This document shows, piece by piece, positions 1 to 8,969 of a stretch of 64,000 nucleotides of DNA. Numbering within the stretch: position 1 is the stretch's first letter; each line of letters opens with the position of its first letter. The notes under the pieces were generated by a model. The model saw nothing but the letters and a program-made list of their open reading frames with translations, was not told the DNA's origin and searched no databases. The position numbers and the translations under genes are program-made. The stretch is from a virus (lineage: Duplodnaviria > Heunggongvirae > Uroviricota > Caudoviricetes): IMG/VR virus record IMGVR_UViG_3300035210_000151; one strand, 5' to 3'.

Positions 1-350
1 ATGTATATTTTTCCCAATTCTAATCCAACAACAAGGATTGAGAAAATGATAATGAAGATGCTCTTTGTTATGATGGCTGTTCCCAATATCGCCATCAATA
101 CAATCCAAAATTCAATCTTTACCAGCTTCTCTCTGGTGGTTTTCTTTTTGGCTTTGAATTCTAGTTGTTCTTTGAGTAATGATTCTAGTCTTTTAGGATT
201 TCCAATCAAGTTTTTGTAGATAACAATGCTCATTGCTAATTGAATAAATACTAATCCTAAAAAGAGACAAGTGAGGATAATATGGTTAGCGTGCATTAGC
301 ATTCCTATCAACACAATAAGTATCAATTCCAAACGGTATTTCAATAACAT
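1..350 (-). CDS. Multi-pass membrane protein, partial (runs off the window start)
   Basis: Read manually: ATG at 350 (MLLKYRLELILIVLIGMLMHANHIILTCLFLGLVFIQ...), GGAGG RBS upstream, open to position 1 with several hydrophobic segments. Not in the ORF track because no stop lies in the window. Confidence 0.7.
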   Translation of the reverse strand, partial: MLLKYRLELILIVLIGMLMHANHIILTCLFLGLVFIQLAMSIVIYKNLIGNPKRLESLLKEQLEFKAKKKTTREKLVKIEFWIVLMAILGTAIITKSIFIIIFSILVVGLELGKIY

Positions 351-443
351 TTTTTTTATTCCTCCAATTGACTAAAAACGCATAAAACGGTTGATTTTAT
401 TATATTCTATTATATACTATACATAGTTTATAGGAGAAGTAAA

Positions 444-674
444 ATGACGACAAATTTAGTATTAGAAAATGATGATGTTTTTTGTGGTGACACGTTTGTA
501 ATGACTATAGATCGCTTTGATGATATAGACATCAGTGTGAAAGAGGGGCGATTGTTTATTAATAATACTTTTGTAAAGAACTTCGATCATAATGAAGAAG
601 CTAAGAAGGCGATTACAGGGTTTTTAGAAACTCTGGAACATGAAGAAGTGGGTTTTGACTTGTATATTTCTTAA
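444..674 (+). CDS. Hypothetical acidic protein
   Basis: AGGAG RBS, TATACT -10 upstream, 76 aa ORF. Confidence 0.7.
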   Translation: MTTNLVLENDDVFCGDTFVMTIDRFDDIDISVKEGRLFINNTFVKNFDHNEEAKKAITGFLETLEHEEVGFDLYIS

Positions 675-683
675 TTGGTGTTT

Positions 684-1100
684 TTAGAACTTAGCAGCAT
701 TTGAATTAATCCATTTAAGTGCTGTTTCATTATCGTTTTGACATTGCTGTTTTGACATTAGAAAATCTTTAATTTGACACACTTGCAATGCCATCTTGAC
801 TTTAAACTCTTCGCAACTGGATAAAAATTCCACCTTCACTTCATAACCTCTGTTAACTTTTCGACAACTGGTCACTACAGAATTGCCACTAAACATCATA
901 TCGTCTAATTTTATATCTATTCTGACTTTTTTATTTTGTTGGATATAACTTGTATAATTAAATATGAGGCCATGACAGGTTTCATGACTTATCGGAGAGA
1001 TATCATCCTGCTCAGCTAACTCTTCTACAATTATCTGGATACTTTCAGGGTGTTTCACAAACTTTCTTTCGGGCATTTCAAGCTTTTGATTACCTAACAT
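684..1100 (-). CDS. PilZ-like domain protein with degenerate c-di-GMP motifs
   Basis: ERKFVKHP start, beta-barrel-like core (VVTSCRKVNRGYEVKVEF) and KMALQVCQI...WINSNAAKF tail recall stand-alone Pseudomonas-type PilZ proteins; AAGGAG RBS. Confidence 0.65.
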   Translation of the reverse strand: MLGNQKLEMPERKFVKHPESIQIIVEELAEQDDISPISHETCHGLIFNYTSYIQQNKKVRIDIKLDDMMFSGNSVVTSCRKVNRGYEVKVEFLSSCEEFKVKMALQVCQIKDFLMSKQQCQNDNETALKWINSNAAKF

Positions 1101-1147
1101 ACCAATCTCCTTATCATAGTATTATTATACCAAATTAAAATCTAGAA

Positions 1148-1372
1148 TCAAACCGCCACGGCTAGCTCTAGAATATCTTCCTTGATTTCAACATATGTCT
1201 TTCCAACAACAGACTCAAGACAACTCTTGTATTCTGATTTAAGGATTTTGCAACACTTCTTACATCCAGCATCAATGTTGTTCTCAGCAATAATATCCTT
1301 GACAGTTTTATTGTTGGCAACATCTCTTTCCAAATCCGATGTTTTGTAACCATTACATAAACAGATGTACAT
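1148..1372 (-). CDS. bfd: Bacterioferritin-associated ferredoxin-like [2Fe-2S] protein
   Basis: MYICLCNG N-terminus and GCKKC second Cys pair match the Bfd pattern MYVCLCxG...CGKC. Confidence 0.8.
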   Translation of the reverse strand: MYICLCNGYKTSDLERDVANNKTVKDIIAENNIDAGCKKCCKILKSEYKSCLESVVGKTYVEIKEDILELAVAV

Positions 1373-1528
1373 GTGCAGCTCCTTTTAATCTTTCAGAATT
1401 TCTTCCATAGTACATGAAAGCAGAAAAGAAATCAAGGCCATAAAAATAGATAAATTTGAAAATATTTGTAGACTTATTTTTCCATTTCTGTTAATCTGGC
1501 GTAATGATTTGAAATAGGAGGGTTTATC

Positions 1529-2005
1529 ATGAAATCCAAAAGATACAGTATTCTCAATTTCTATATTCGTGGCAGCAATGTCACACCACAGGTTTGTCAC
1601 GGACTCAATCGTTTGTGGGCAAATAAAGCAACAATGACACCAGCCGCAGATGCTCTTTTTTCTGAATGGGTTGACACATCCGAGACAGAAGTAATCTTGC
1701 AGGGTGGCAATCACAAAGATCTGGAAGAACTCTATTTGGCCCTTTCTTCTATTAATACTTTGCCGTCCGCTAAGTTTAATGAAGGTCAGGATGATTTGTG
1801 TGGCTCTTGCACTGTTGTTACGTTTGTTGCCAGTGATCGCATTGTGGCGGCTGGTAATTATTTGCGTAGTAACCGTATTACACCAGCAGAAGCTTTTGAT
1901 GTCTTAACGAAAACCTCTATCCTATTAAATGAACAGACTATTGTTCTGAATAGTTTTGAGGCGTTTGTTGCCAGTAAAATTGCTTATCTTCCTTTAGTAG
2001 CTTAA
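1529..2005 (+). CDS. Putative Pth2-fold (peptidyl-tRNA hydrolase II-like) phage-type protein
   Basis: Motif order Q-x-x-H, W...T-x-VILQGG, F-x-E...DL...T-V-V resembles phage Pth2-like proteins; AGGAGG RBS. Confidence 0.5.
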   Translation: MKSKRYSILNFYIRGSNVTPQVCHGLNRLWANKATMTPAADALFSEWVDTSETEVILQGGNHKDLEELYLALSSINTLPSAKFNEGQDDLCGSCTVVTFVASDRIVAAGNYLRSNRITPAEAFDVLTKTSILLNEQTIVLNSFEAFVASKIAYLPLVA

Positions 2006-2083
2006 TCTGGTTGGGCATTTCGGTGCCCTAATCAGTGCTTAATCGTTTCAGCTAAAAAGTTTTAAAATAATTGAAATTAGTGC

Positions 2084-2392
2084 TTGACCTAGTGACCACA
2101 TTTAGCATATACTAGCCACCTTGAAACGATGAACAGCTTAGAAAACAAAGTTGAACAGAGTTTAAAATAAAGCTTGCACCGAATGATGAAATGAGTTAAG
2201 ATTACACATCGAAAGCGACGAACAACTTGAAAGAAATTAAAGTTGAACGAAATGAAAAAAAAGCTTGACGATGGGTAGCCAGATAGACTATAATAGACAC
2301 ACAAACGAGAGAGACGGATTAGAAGTAAAGTCCGACTTAATCAAGGAAAAAAGAAAAAACTTGTTGTAAAAAGAAATAAACTTTGATATACT
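2084..2392 (+). promoter_or_regulatory. Four tandem sigma70 promoters about 90-100 bp apart
   Basis: TTGACC(2084)-18-TATACT, TTGCAC(2174)-17-TAAGAT, TTGACG(2265)-18-TATAAT, TTGTAA(2364)-17-TATACT, each with upstream A-tracts. Confidence 0.75.
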
Positions 2393-2423
2393 AACTAAAC
2401 ACACTCGATAGGAGATTCACAGA

Positions 2424-3758
2424 ATGACTACTAACAGCACAATGATTAAAGTTTCCCCAAAAGCACTGCGTAAACATGCACTGAACTGCATCCACTCTCA
2501 GACGCCATTCTTCGTTTGGGGTAATCCGGGTATCGGTAAGTCTCGCATCCTGCAAGCTCTTGTTGAGAAAATGGGTTTCCACTTTGAAGACATTCGCTTG
2601 TCTCAAATCGAAAGCGTTGACCTTCGTGGTCTGCCAGCAAAAGACGAAAAAGTTACCCTTGTTGCAGTCATGGGTGAAGATGGTAAACAAAAAACCAACG
2701 AAAAAGGCGAACTCATGTTCACCAACGGTAAAGAAACTACCGTAACTTGGGCAATGCCTGACTTCCTTCGCCGTGCGAAAGAACAATGGGATAAATATAA
2801 GAAGCCAACGGCTTACTTCTTCGACGAATTGAACTCCGGTTCACCTGCGACAATGGCTGCTGCTTACCAGTTCATCAACGACCGTCGTATCGGTTGCTTC
2901 GAACTCGGTTCTCAGGACGTGGTATTCGCGGCTGGTAACTTGGAATCCGATGGTGGTGTAACTAACTCCATGCCGTTGCCTTTGGCTAACCGTTTCCGTC
3001 ACTACTTGATGGACGTGAACACCGAACAATGGTTGAACTTCGCTTCTGAGGCTGGTATGCACCCTTACGTGTTGGCTTACCTTTCAATCGGTGCGAACGG
3101 TAGCAAGTTGCAAGACTTTAACGTTGACCGTCTGTTGGCTTCCGACGAAAAAGCGTTCGCAACCCCACGTTCATGGGAAATGTTGAGCAAGGCGTTGTTC
3201 GCAGCTTACGGTGAGCATCAAGCGATTGCTGGACACAAAACGCTTGCAGAAGAAAGCGAAGAATTTAACGTCTACGAAGAAGACGATAAAATCAACGAAA
3301 ACGACATTTCTGTAATCGCTGCATCGTGTGTTGGTAGCGGTATTGCGGTCGAGTTTGCTGGTTTCGTGAAGGAAGGTATGGACTTGCCAAAAGCCCGCGA
3401 CATTCTTGATGGTAAGAAGATGACTGTTGCGAACATGAAGGCTAAGACTTCCGCACAATACTTCATTGCGAACGATTGCTCTCACGCACTGAAAGAAATG
3501 AAAACGAAGTTGGAAGAAGTTAAGAAAGAAAGCGGTGATAAGACTGCCGAGTATGACAAAGTGTTGAAGTCCTATGTCAAAAGCATGGAGAACTACATCT
3601 TGTTCGCAAAAGAACACTTTGCTCGTGAGTTGTTCGTCTTCGGTATCATCACCGTGATGTTGAAGCGTTACAAGGTTATGCCAATGCCTAACCACATGGA
3701 CAAGAAAGTGTTTGACCTTGTGGCAACGGAGTTCAACGCGGCTCGCCTTAAAAACTAA
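2424..3758 (+). CDS. MoxR-like AAA+ ATPase
   Basis: Walker A GNPGIGKS, Walker B FFDE, sensor AAGN, LANRF arginine finger, TPRSWE motif. Confidence 0.9.
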   Translation: MTTNSTMIKVSPKALRKHALNCIHSQTPFFVWGNPGIGKSRILQALVEKMGFHFEDIRLSQIESVDLRGLPAKDEKVTLVAVMGEDGKQKTNEKGELMFTNGKETTVTWAMPDFLRRAKEQWDKYKKPTAYFFDELNSGSPATMAAAYQFINDRRIGCFELGSQDVVFAAGNLESDGGVTNSMPLPLANRFRHYLMDVNTEQWLNFASEAGMHPYVLAYLSIGANGSKLQDFNVDRLLASDEKAFATPRSWEMLSKALFAAYGEHQAIAGHKTLAEESEEFNVYEEDDKINENDISVIAASCVGSGIAVEFAGFVKEGMDLPKARDILDGKKMTVANMKAKTSAQYFIANDCSHALKEMKTKLEEVKKESGDKTAEYDKVLKSYVKSMENYILFAKEHFARELFVFGIITVMLKRYKVMPMPNHMDKKVFDLVATEFNAARLKN

Positions 3759-3787
3759 CACAGTCGAGTGTGTAACTGGCGAAAGCC

Positions 3788-3811
3788 AAAGCCCCGAAAG
3801 GGGCTTTTTTT
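3788..3811 (+). terminator. Intrinsic terminator
   Basis: GCCCC-GAAA-GGGGC followed by a T-run; preceded by a second GAAA hairpin (TGGC-GAAA-GCCA). Confidence 0.85.
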
Positions 3812-3893
3812 TGCTTACCATTTAAATTTCATTATCATTTTAGATCTAGTTGTGGTATAATGAATTTCATTTAAAGCGTGGAGAAAATATATT

Positions 3894-4370
3894 ATGAGTC
3901 TATCTGTTGGCGATTCTTACAAAGGGTTGGGCACCTATGCTGAACCTTTGGTTAATGTTAATCTTCTTAATCTGAACATTGAGCATTACGTTGATAGTCG
4001 TGTGAGTAACAAAGATTTAGCACTTATCCTGAAAGGTTATGGAAGGCGTGTTGATATATCTAGTTTCCCGGCTTCATTTGTTAGGCTTTTTGCTGATGAA
4101 CTTAAAGCTTATAATAGTCAATTTAGGGCTTCTAATGTTAAGAAAGATGCTGCTGTTTTTCAGGCCAGTATCCGTCATTACATGCATTTCATTAAAGCTA
4201 ATTTTTCTGATATTCTCTTTTTTGAAGCGGTTATTATTTGCATGACCAAGTATGCGAGAATTATTCAAATTGTACCTCATTGTCATGATGAAGTTTATTT
4301 GTTATCAGCTTCTCTTAATAAGTATAAACATCTTTATTATACTACTTATAAAGAATATTCTGTTTTATAA
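3894..4370 (+). CDS. Hypothetical protein between the AAA+ and vWA genes
   Basis: 158 aa ORF, GGAG RBS, own TGGTATAAT promoter at 3853. Confidence 0.75.
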   Translation: MSLSVGDSYKGLGTYAEPLVNVNLLNLNIEHYVDSRVSNKDLALILKGYGRRVDISSFPASFVRLFADELKAYNSQFRASNVKKDAAVFQASIRHYMHFIKANFSDILFFEAVIICMTKYARIIQIVPHCHDEVYLLSASLNKYKHLYYTTYKEYSVL

Positions 4371-4484
4371 ACAGATAATAGACAGTTGCAAAAATAGTTA
4401 CGATATTCGTTAAAAATAGATTGCTCTCAAGATATTTTTTTGGTATAATAGTCTCACTAAAACAGAACATGAGGAAATAAATAT

Positions 4485-5975
4485 ATGTCAATTCTCAAAG
4501 GAAAAAAGAAAGATGAAGTCAGCGAAAAGGGCGAAGAACTTTCCCCCATTTTGCAGGCTGTAAAAGAACGCACTAAGCCTTATACGCCAGAAGAAATTGC
4601 AATTGTTGAAGATAAAATCTATCAGGCACGTTCGAACTTTCTTATGCGTCAACCGTTCTTCGGCATCATGGCGATGAACCTTGAGCTTGTGGATGCTTCC
4701 AAATGGCTTGTAACGGCTGCTACCGATGGTAAACACTTCTACTACAACGTAGGTTTCTTCCTGTTGCTTGAACCAGAAGAAATTCAGTTCGTGTATGGTC
4801 ACGAAATCCTTCACGTTGCTTACGACCACTTTGGCCGTGCCATTGCGACTGTTAATGACTACGACCATTATGTTGAAAATGACATGACGTTTGACGAAAA
4901 AATTCGCCTTCATGCGAAATTGGCTAACATTGCCGCTGACTTCTGTGTAAACCGCGACTTGGTTACTTGCAAAGTGGGTACCCTTATTCGTAAAGAAGTT
5001 ATCAAATTGTTCTACGATAAAAAGTATGACGATATGAGCATGGAAGAAATTTACAAAGAATTGTTGAAAGACCCTAACGCGGCCCAAAGCGGCACTACGC
5101 TTGATGACCACTCAGTTGGTACAGGTGTTCCGCAAGAAGGTAACGAAAAACGTAAGGCTGATCCTAATGGTAAGGGCGAAGGCGAAAGTGATGGCGAAGG
5201 CGAAGGTCCAGAGAAAAGCGAAGGTGGTGCTGATTTCAAACCGCGTGATTTGACACCAGAAGAACGTGAAGAAATTATGCGTGACTTCAAAGATCGTATG
5301 ATTAACGCCTACGACCAGCAGAAGGACAACGAAGAAGCTCGCCGTTCATCCGGTGGTTCTGACGCGGGTTCCTTGCCTGCTGACTTGGAGCGTTTGATTG
5401 AACGTATGCGTCGTCCAGAGATTAACTGGCGTCAATACATCCGCACTCGCATTACTTCATTGTTCCGCGAGAGTGACGATTGGAGCCGTCCGTCACGCCG
5501 TTCTTTCGATGGCGAATTCATTATGCCGGGTTTCCGTCAAGTTGAAAAAGTGGACATTCACATTGCAATCGACTGTTCCGGTTCTATTGGTGAAGTTGAA
5601 ATGGCAGACTTCTTGTCAGAGATTGCCGGTATTACTCAGCAATACAAGCGTGACTTTAAGCTTCGCATTTGGACATTTGATGGTAAAGTGTATCCACAGA
5701 GCTTGAAAGAGTATACGCCTTCAAACATTCGTAGTTTGCCTAAATACGAGTTCTTTGGTGGTGGTGGCACATCTTTCCTTGCAAACTGGGCGTTCATGCG
5801 TGAAAAGCGTATCAAACCAAAGCTTTTCATCATGTTCACTGACGGTTACACTGGTGATGGTTTTGGCGTGCCGAACTTCTGTGATACCATTTACGTGGTT
5901 AACACCGAAGTGATTATTCCAAAAGAATACGGTGCAACAATTCGCTACAAACCGCGTTCACAACAAGCCTACTAA
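4485..5975 (+). CDS. DUF2201-type putative metallopeptidase plus vWA domain protein
   Basis: AATDG...YYN, HEILH (HExxH), G/E-rich linker, MIDAS DCSGS...GGGTSF...TDG. Confidence 0.9.
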   Translation: MSILKGKKKDEVSEKGEELSPILQAVKERTKPYTPEEIAIVEDKIYQARSNFLMRQPFFGIMAMNLELVDASKWLVTAATDGKHFYYNVGFFLLLEPEEIQFVYGHEILHVAYDHFGRAIATVNDYDHYVENDMTFDEKIRLHAKLANIAADFCVNRDLVTCKVGTLIRKEVIKLFYDKKYDDMSMEEIYKELLKDPNAAQSGTTLDDHSVGTGVPQEGNEKRKADPNGKGEGESDGEGEGPEKSEGGADFKPRDLTPEEREEIMRDFKDRMINAYDQQKDNEEARRSSGGSDAGSLPADLERLIERMRRPEINWRQYIRTRITSLFRESDDWSRPSRRSFDGEFIMPGFRQVEKVDIHIAIDCSGSIGEVEMADFLSEIAGITQQYKRDFKLRIWTFDGKVYPQSLKEYTPSNIRSLPKYEFFGGGGTSFLANWAFMREKRIKPKLFIMFTDGYTGDGFGVPNFCDTIYVVNTEVIIPKEYGATIRYKPRSQQAY

Positions 5976-5994
5976 GGTTTGAGTTACAGAAAAG

Positions 5995-6016
5995 GTCGCT
6001 TTCGGGCGACTTTTTT
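5995..6016 (+). terminator. Intrinsic terminator
   Basis: GTCGC-TTTCGG-GCGAC followed by TTTTTT. Confidence 0.85.
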
Positions 6017-6080
6017 ATTGCCTATGAAAAAGTATTATGGTATAATCCTACCATCTAAAATGATAGTGAAAGGTGCATTG

Positions 6081-6737
6081 ATGAAAGAAATCAGCAAGAT
6101 TGACAAGGCTACACAAAAGAAAATCGGTGATTTTCTTATGACCAACTATGGCTATGAAAAAATCGGCTACACACAAGGCAAAGCGAAATCTTACTTCATG
6201 TGTGGTTCTGATTTGTTGGAAGTGTCTCGCCGTCCTTTGATTGGTGCTGGTAAAGACGTATTCCACTATTCAATTTCATCCAATAGCCAGAGCTTGACAA
6301 AGAACTTCATTAAAAACCAGAAAGTTGTTGATTTTATCTTTAATGCCATTCGTGACATTAACGGTTTGAAGTATGATGTTGTGAGTAATGATAACCAAAC
6401 TATTTCTCGTATCAAGGTCATTGATTTTGTTATTCATGCTTTTGAAGGGCGTCTAGAAGACTTCCAGCGTGAGTATAAGCCCAGTGTAGGCTTTTGGGTG
6501 TCCACCACAGGGAGTGAACGACTATCGTATGTTATCGTTCATGCTGATGGCCGTGTGAACTATGCTGGTGCTGAAATCACGGCTAAACAGTTTGGTGAAT
6601 ACTTGATTAATGATTATGCCGCTTACATTGCAAAGATTGATGAATTTTTTGAGCATGATGGTCAACACAAAACGTTTGATGAACGTGTTGATGACTTAAA
6701 GAATACAATGATGACCAAAGAAATGTTTGCTATTTGA
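6081..6737 (+). CDS. Hypothetical protein with C-terminal MxxI tag (KEMFAI)
   Basis: Start reassigned to ATG 6081 after AAGG RBS and TGGTATAAT at 6038. Confidence 0.75.
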   Translation: MKEISKIDKATQKKIGDFLMTNYGYEKIGYTQGKAKSYFMCGSDLLEVSRRPLIGAGKDVFHYSISSNSQSLTKNFIKNQKVVDFIFNAIRDINGLKYDVVSNDNQTISRIKVIDFVIHAFEGRLEDFQREYKPSVGFWVSTTGSERLSYVIVHADGRVNYAGAEITAKQFGEYLINDYAAYIAKIDEFFEHDGQHKTFDERVDDLKNTMMTKEMFAI

Positions 6738-6783
6738 TTATGTGTAGAGAACAAAAAAGCCACTTGTGTGGCTTTTCATTTTT

Positions 6784-7614
6784 TTATGGATACAAGTCAT
6801 TTCTTAATGTATTCTTAAAATCAGCTTCATTGTCAAATGAATCTCTATATCTTTTAAAAATTTTATGTGGATCTAACATATTAGTACGACTAGAAAGTGT
6901 CATTGTAAATAAAGATGTGTTATGCAGAATCATATTTTTTACATGATCTTTTGTTGTGTTTTCGTTTAAATTAATAAATTTAAACAAATTTTCAGTAAAT
7001 CCAAATCTACCTGTTGCCTGCATTGAACAATAACCATATTGCTGTAAAACATCATATTCGGGTTCTTTAATTTCTTCTAAATCATACTTATAATACATCA
7101 TATCGAATAAATTTTTCACTTGTTCTTCGTGTTGCAAATGGTTTCTATAAATGACTTTTAATAAATCAGGAAAGCTCATCATACTGCGAAAACCTTGAAA
7201 TGTTTTTGGAATGTCAGACTTAATAAAAATGAAACATAATTTGTCTAGCCATGAGATAGCTCTGTCTCTCCAAAGTGAGTCTCCATTACTATAATCATCT
7301 ACTGGATCGATAAAGTTTTTTGTCATTTTTATAGACAACACATCATGATTTTCTATTTTGAAAATAGTTGTTAACTCGTTTAGATGAATGGTAGCGTCAT
7401 TGATAAAAGTTTTTAACATACTTAATCGTTCTGCCTGAGTATATATATTCTCTTTTTTTAAGATGACTGATTTATCAATGAGATCTGACCAACTATCGAA
7501 ATTGTTTTGTTTTGCAACAAGATTCAATGAGTCAGCATGATTTTTGATTGAGTTGTTATTTTTTCTTTCTTTTTTTGCCTGTTTTTTGAGATCGGCAATA
7601 GTAATGTAGTTCAT
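6784..7614 (-). CDS. Fusion of a Glyoxalase_8-like helical N-domain and an IcmO/DotL coupling-protein-like fragment without ATPase motifs
   Basis: N-term DLKKQAKKER...LNLVAKQNNFDSWSDL; GDSLWRDRAISW and VLQQYGYCSMQ resemble DotL GDMWKGRAIAF and VLEQHGFITMQ as recalled; GGAGG RBS before ATG 7614. Confidence 0.55.
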   Translation of the reverse strand: MNYITIADLKKQAKKERKNNNSIKNHADSLNLVAKQNNFDSWSDLIDKSVILKKENIYTQAERLSMLKTFINDATIHLNELTTIFKIENHDVLSIKMTKNFIDPVDDYSNGDSLWRDRAISWLDKLCFIFIKSDIPKTFQGFRSMMSFPDLLKVIYRNHLQHEEQVKNLFDMMYYKYDLEEIKEPEYDVLQQYGYCSMQATGRFGFTENLFKFINLNENTTKDHVKNMILHNTSLFTMTLSSRTNMLDPHKIFKRYRDSFDNEADFKNTLRNDLYP

Positions 7615-7768
7615 GGTAAATTCCTCCAATTATATAAGTCGATTATGTCGTGATAGCAAACGCCAACCGACTTTTTTGGTTGGAATTATGTAATTTGATG
7701 TTAATGATAATATTCAAACGAATTGTGCCTAAGACTATCAAGCGTGCAAATATCAGTTGCATTATTAA
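7615..7768 (-). promoter_or_regulatory. Candidate structured ~150-nt 5' leader
   Basis: Promoter TTGAAA-16-TG-extended TAAATT near 7770-7797; stems UGCAA/UUGCA, UGAUAGU/GCUAUCA, CCAACC/GGUUGG. Confidence 0.4.
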
Positions 7769-7885
7769 AATTTACACTATATTTTAGACTTTTCAATATT
7801 TAATGGTTGATTTTATTTTTTAACTATCTCTTTTATTTTATAGCAATAATGATAATATGAATAAAACAACTATATTATTAATGGA

Positions 7886-8269
7886 ATGAAAAATATAATC
7901 GGCGGATCTATCTTAGTCTTATTGGCTGGTTGTTCAAGTAATCAGGTCAATACCACTATGTATAATTTACATGCAATAAAAGGTAAGGAAGTTATTTGTT
8001 ACCAACAAGAAGAGGCTACTAGGCTTGTAAAAATGGGATTTACTGCCAGTGGTAAAGGTGACCAAGCTTTGATATTAGGTAATTCTATTAAGCAGTCAAA
8101 GTGTAAAATTGTTGAAAGAGAGCATGTCAGGAAAACGGGTGACCTTGTTATATTCCCTATCACTGACGAATTCCCTGAATCATTCAGAGGCGTTAAAAAA
8201 GCCGTTTACAAAGTTAATTATGAAAACAGCAGTTACTGGTTAGTGCCTACTGGTCATCCACGAAATTGA
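7886..8269 (+). CDS. Putative lipoprotein
   Basis: MKN + hydrophobic stretch + lipobox LAGC. Confidence 0.75.
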   Translation: MKNIIGGSILVLLAGCSSNQVNTTMYNLHAIKGKEVICYQQEEATRLVKMGFTASGKGDQALILGNSIKQSKCKIVEREHVRKTGDLVIFPITDEFPESFRGVKKAVYKVNYENSSYWLVPTGHPRN

Positions 8270-8328
8270 TTGAAAAATAAATCTATTTATGCTAAAATAA
8301 GCCATCTTTTAAAAGGGGCTTTTTTATT

Positions 8329-8949
8329 ATGTCATTATTCTTATTTGTTGTGTTTGCTTGCATTACACTTCCAATGCACTTGCTGTTGAATTATAAATTG
8401 TCGCCTGATTTTTCAAATGCCTATATGTTTAAAAGTCTTGCCATTACTGCTGCGTTGGCAATTGCTGCAATAGTTGAATACACGTATTTTACGAGTACAG
8501 TGTTTGCTTTGCTCTTTGCTTTTTCAATGGGGTATATTTTTCTTAAATTCTTGATGTTTGCAGCTATCACATCATTTGTTATCTTTAATGAGCAAGTTGA
8601 GAGTGACAGCCTTCCATCCTTGAAGTTATTTTTAAAGAACCTTAAAGTGAGAAGCTTTTATTTATCGAAAGGTCAATCTAATATTTATTTTCTCAACAAT
8701 GATGGTGTGAATATTTACTTTGATAAACACAGTTCTGATTTTGACACGCTTTCAAATGCCCATGTGACTTATTTTGCTAACTCTCTTGTTGATAAAACCT
8801 GTAAAAAAATAGAGCTTAATAAATTTGTCATCCTTAATGTTAAGGAAAGGTTCATGTCTGTTTCGTCAGATGAACTAAAAACGCTCGATGTTCCTATTGA
8901 GAAAATAACCAAAGAACATTTTGATTTGCTGCAGATGATGAAAATTTAA
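8329..8949 (+). CDS. Membrane protein, paralog 1 of 3, C-terminal MxxI tag (LLQMMKI)
   Basis: About 3 N-terminal TM segments; soluble domain shared with the next two genes (NIYFxxNxGVNIYFD...VSSDxL). Confidence 0.8.
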   Translation: MSLFLFVVFACITLPMHLLLNYKLSPDFSNAYMFKSLAITAALAIAAIVEYTYFTSTVFALLFAFSMGYIFLKFLMFAAITSFVIFNEQVESDSLPSLKLFLKNLKVRSFYLSKGQSNIYFLNNDGVNIYFDKHSSDFDTLSNAHVTYFANSLVDKTCKKIELNKFVILNVKERFMSVSSDELKTLDVPIEKITKEHFDLLQMMKI

Positions 8950-8969
8950 CATTACGGATAGAGGTTATT

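Noticed and set aside
1-219. ORF-track + strand 72-aa ORF
   Set aside because: Shadow of the minus-strand membrane protein gene starting at 350, which has a clear RBS.
2391-5839. Long antisense ORFs (2391..2786, 3171..3821, 4488..5111 and others)
   Set aside because: Antisense shadows of the codon-biased AAA+ and vWA genes; no RBS or recognisable motifs.
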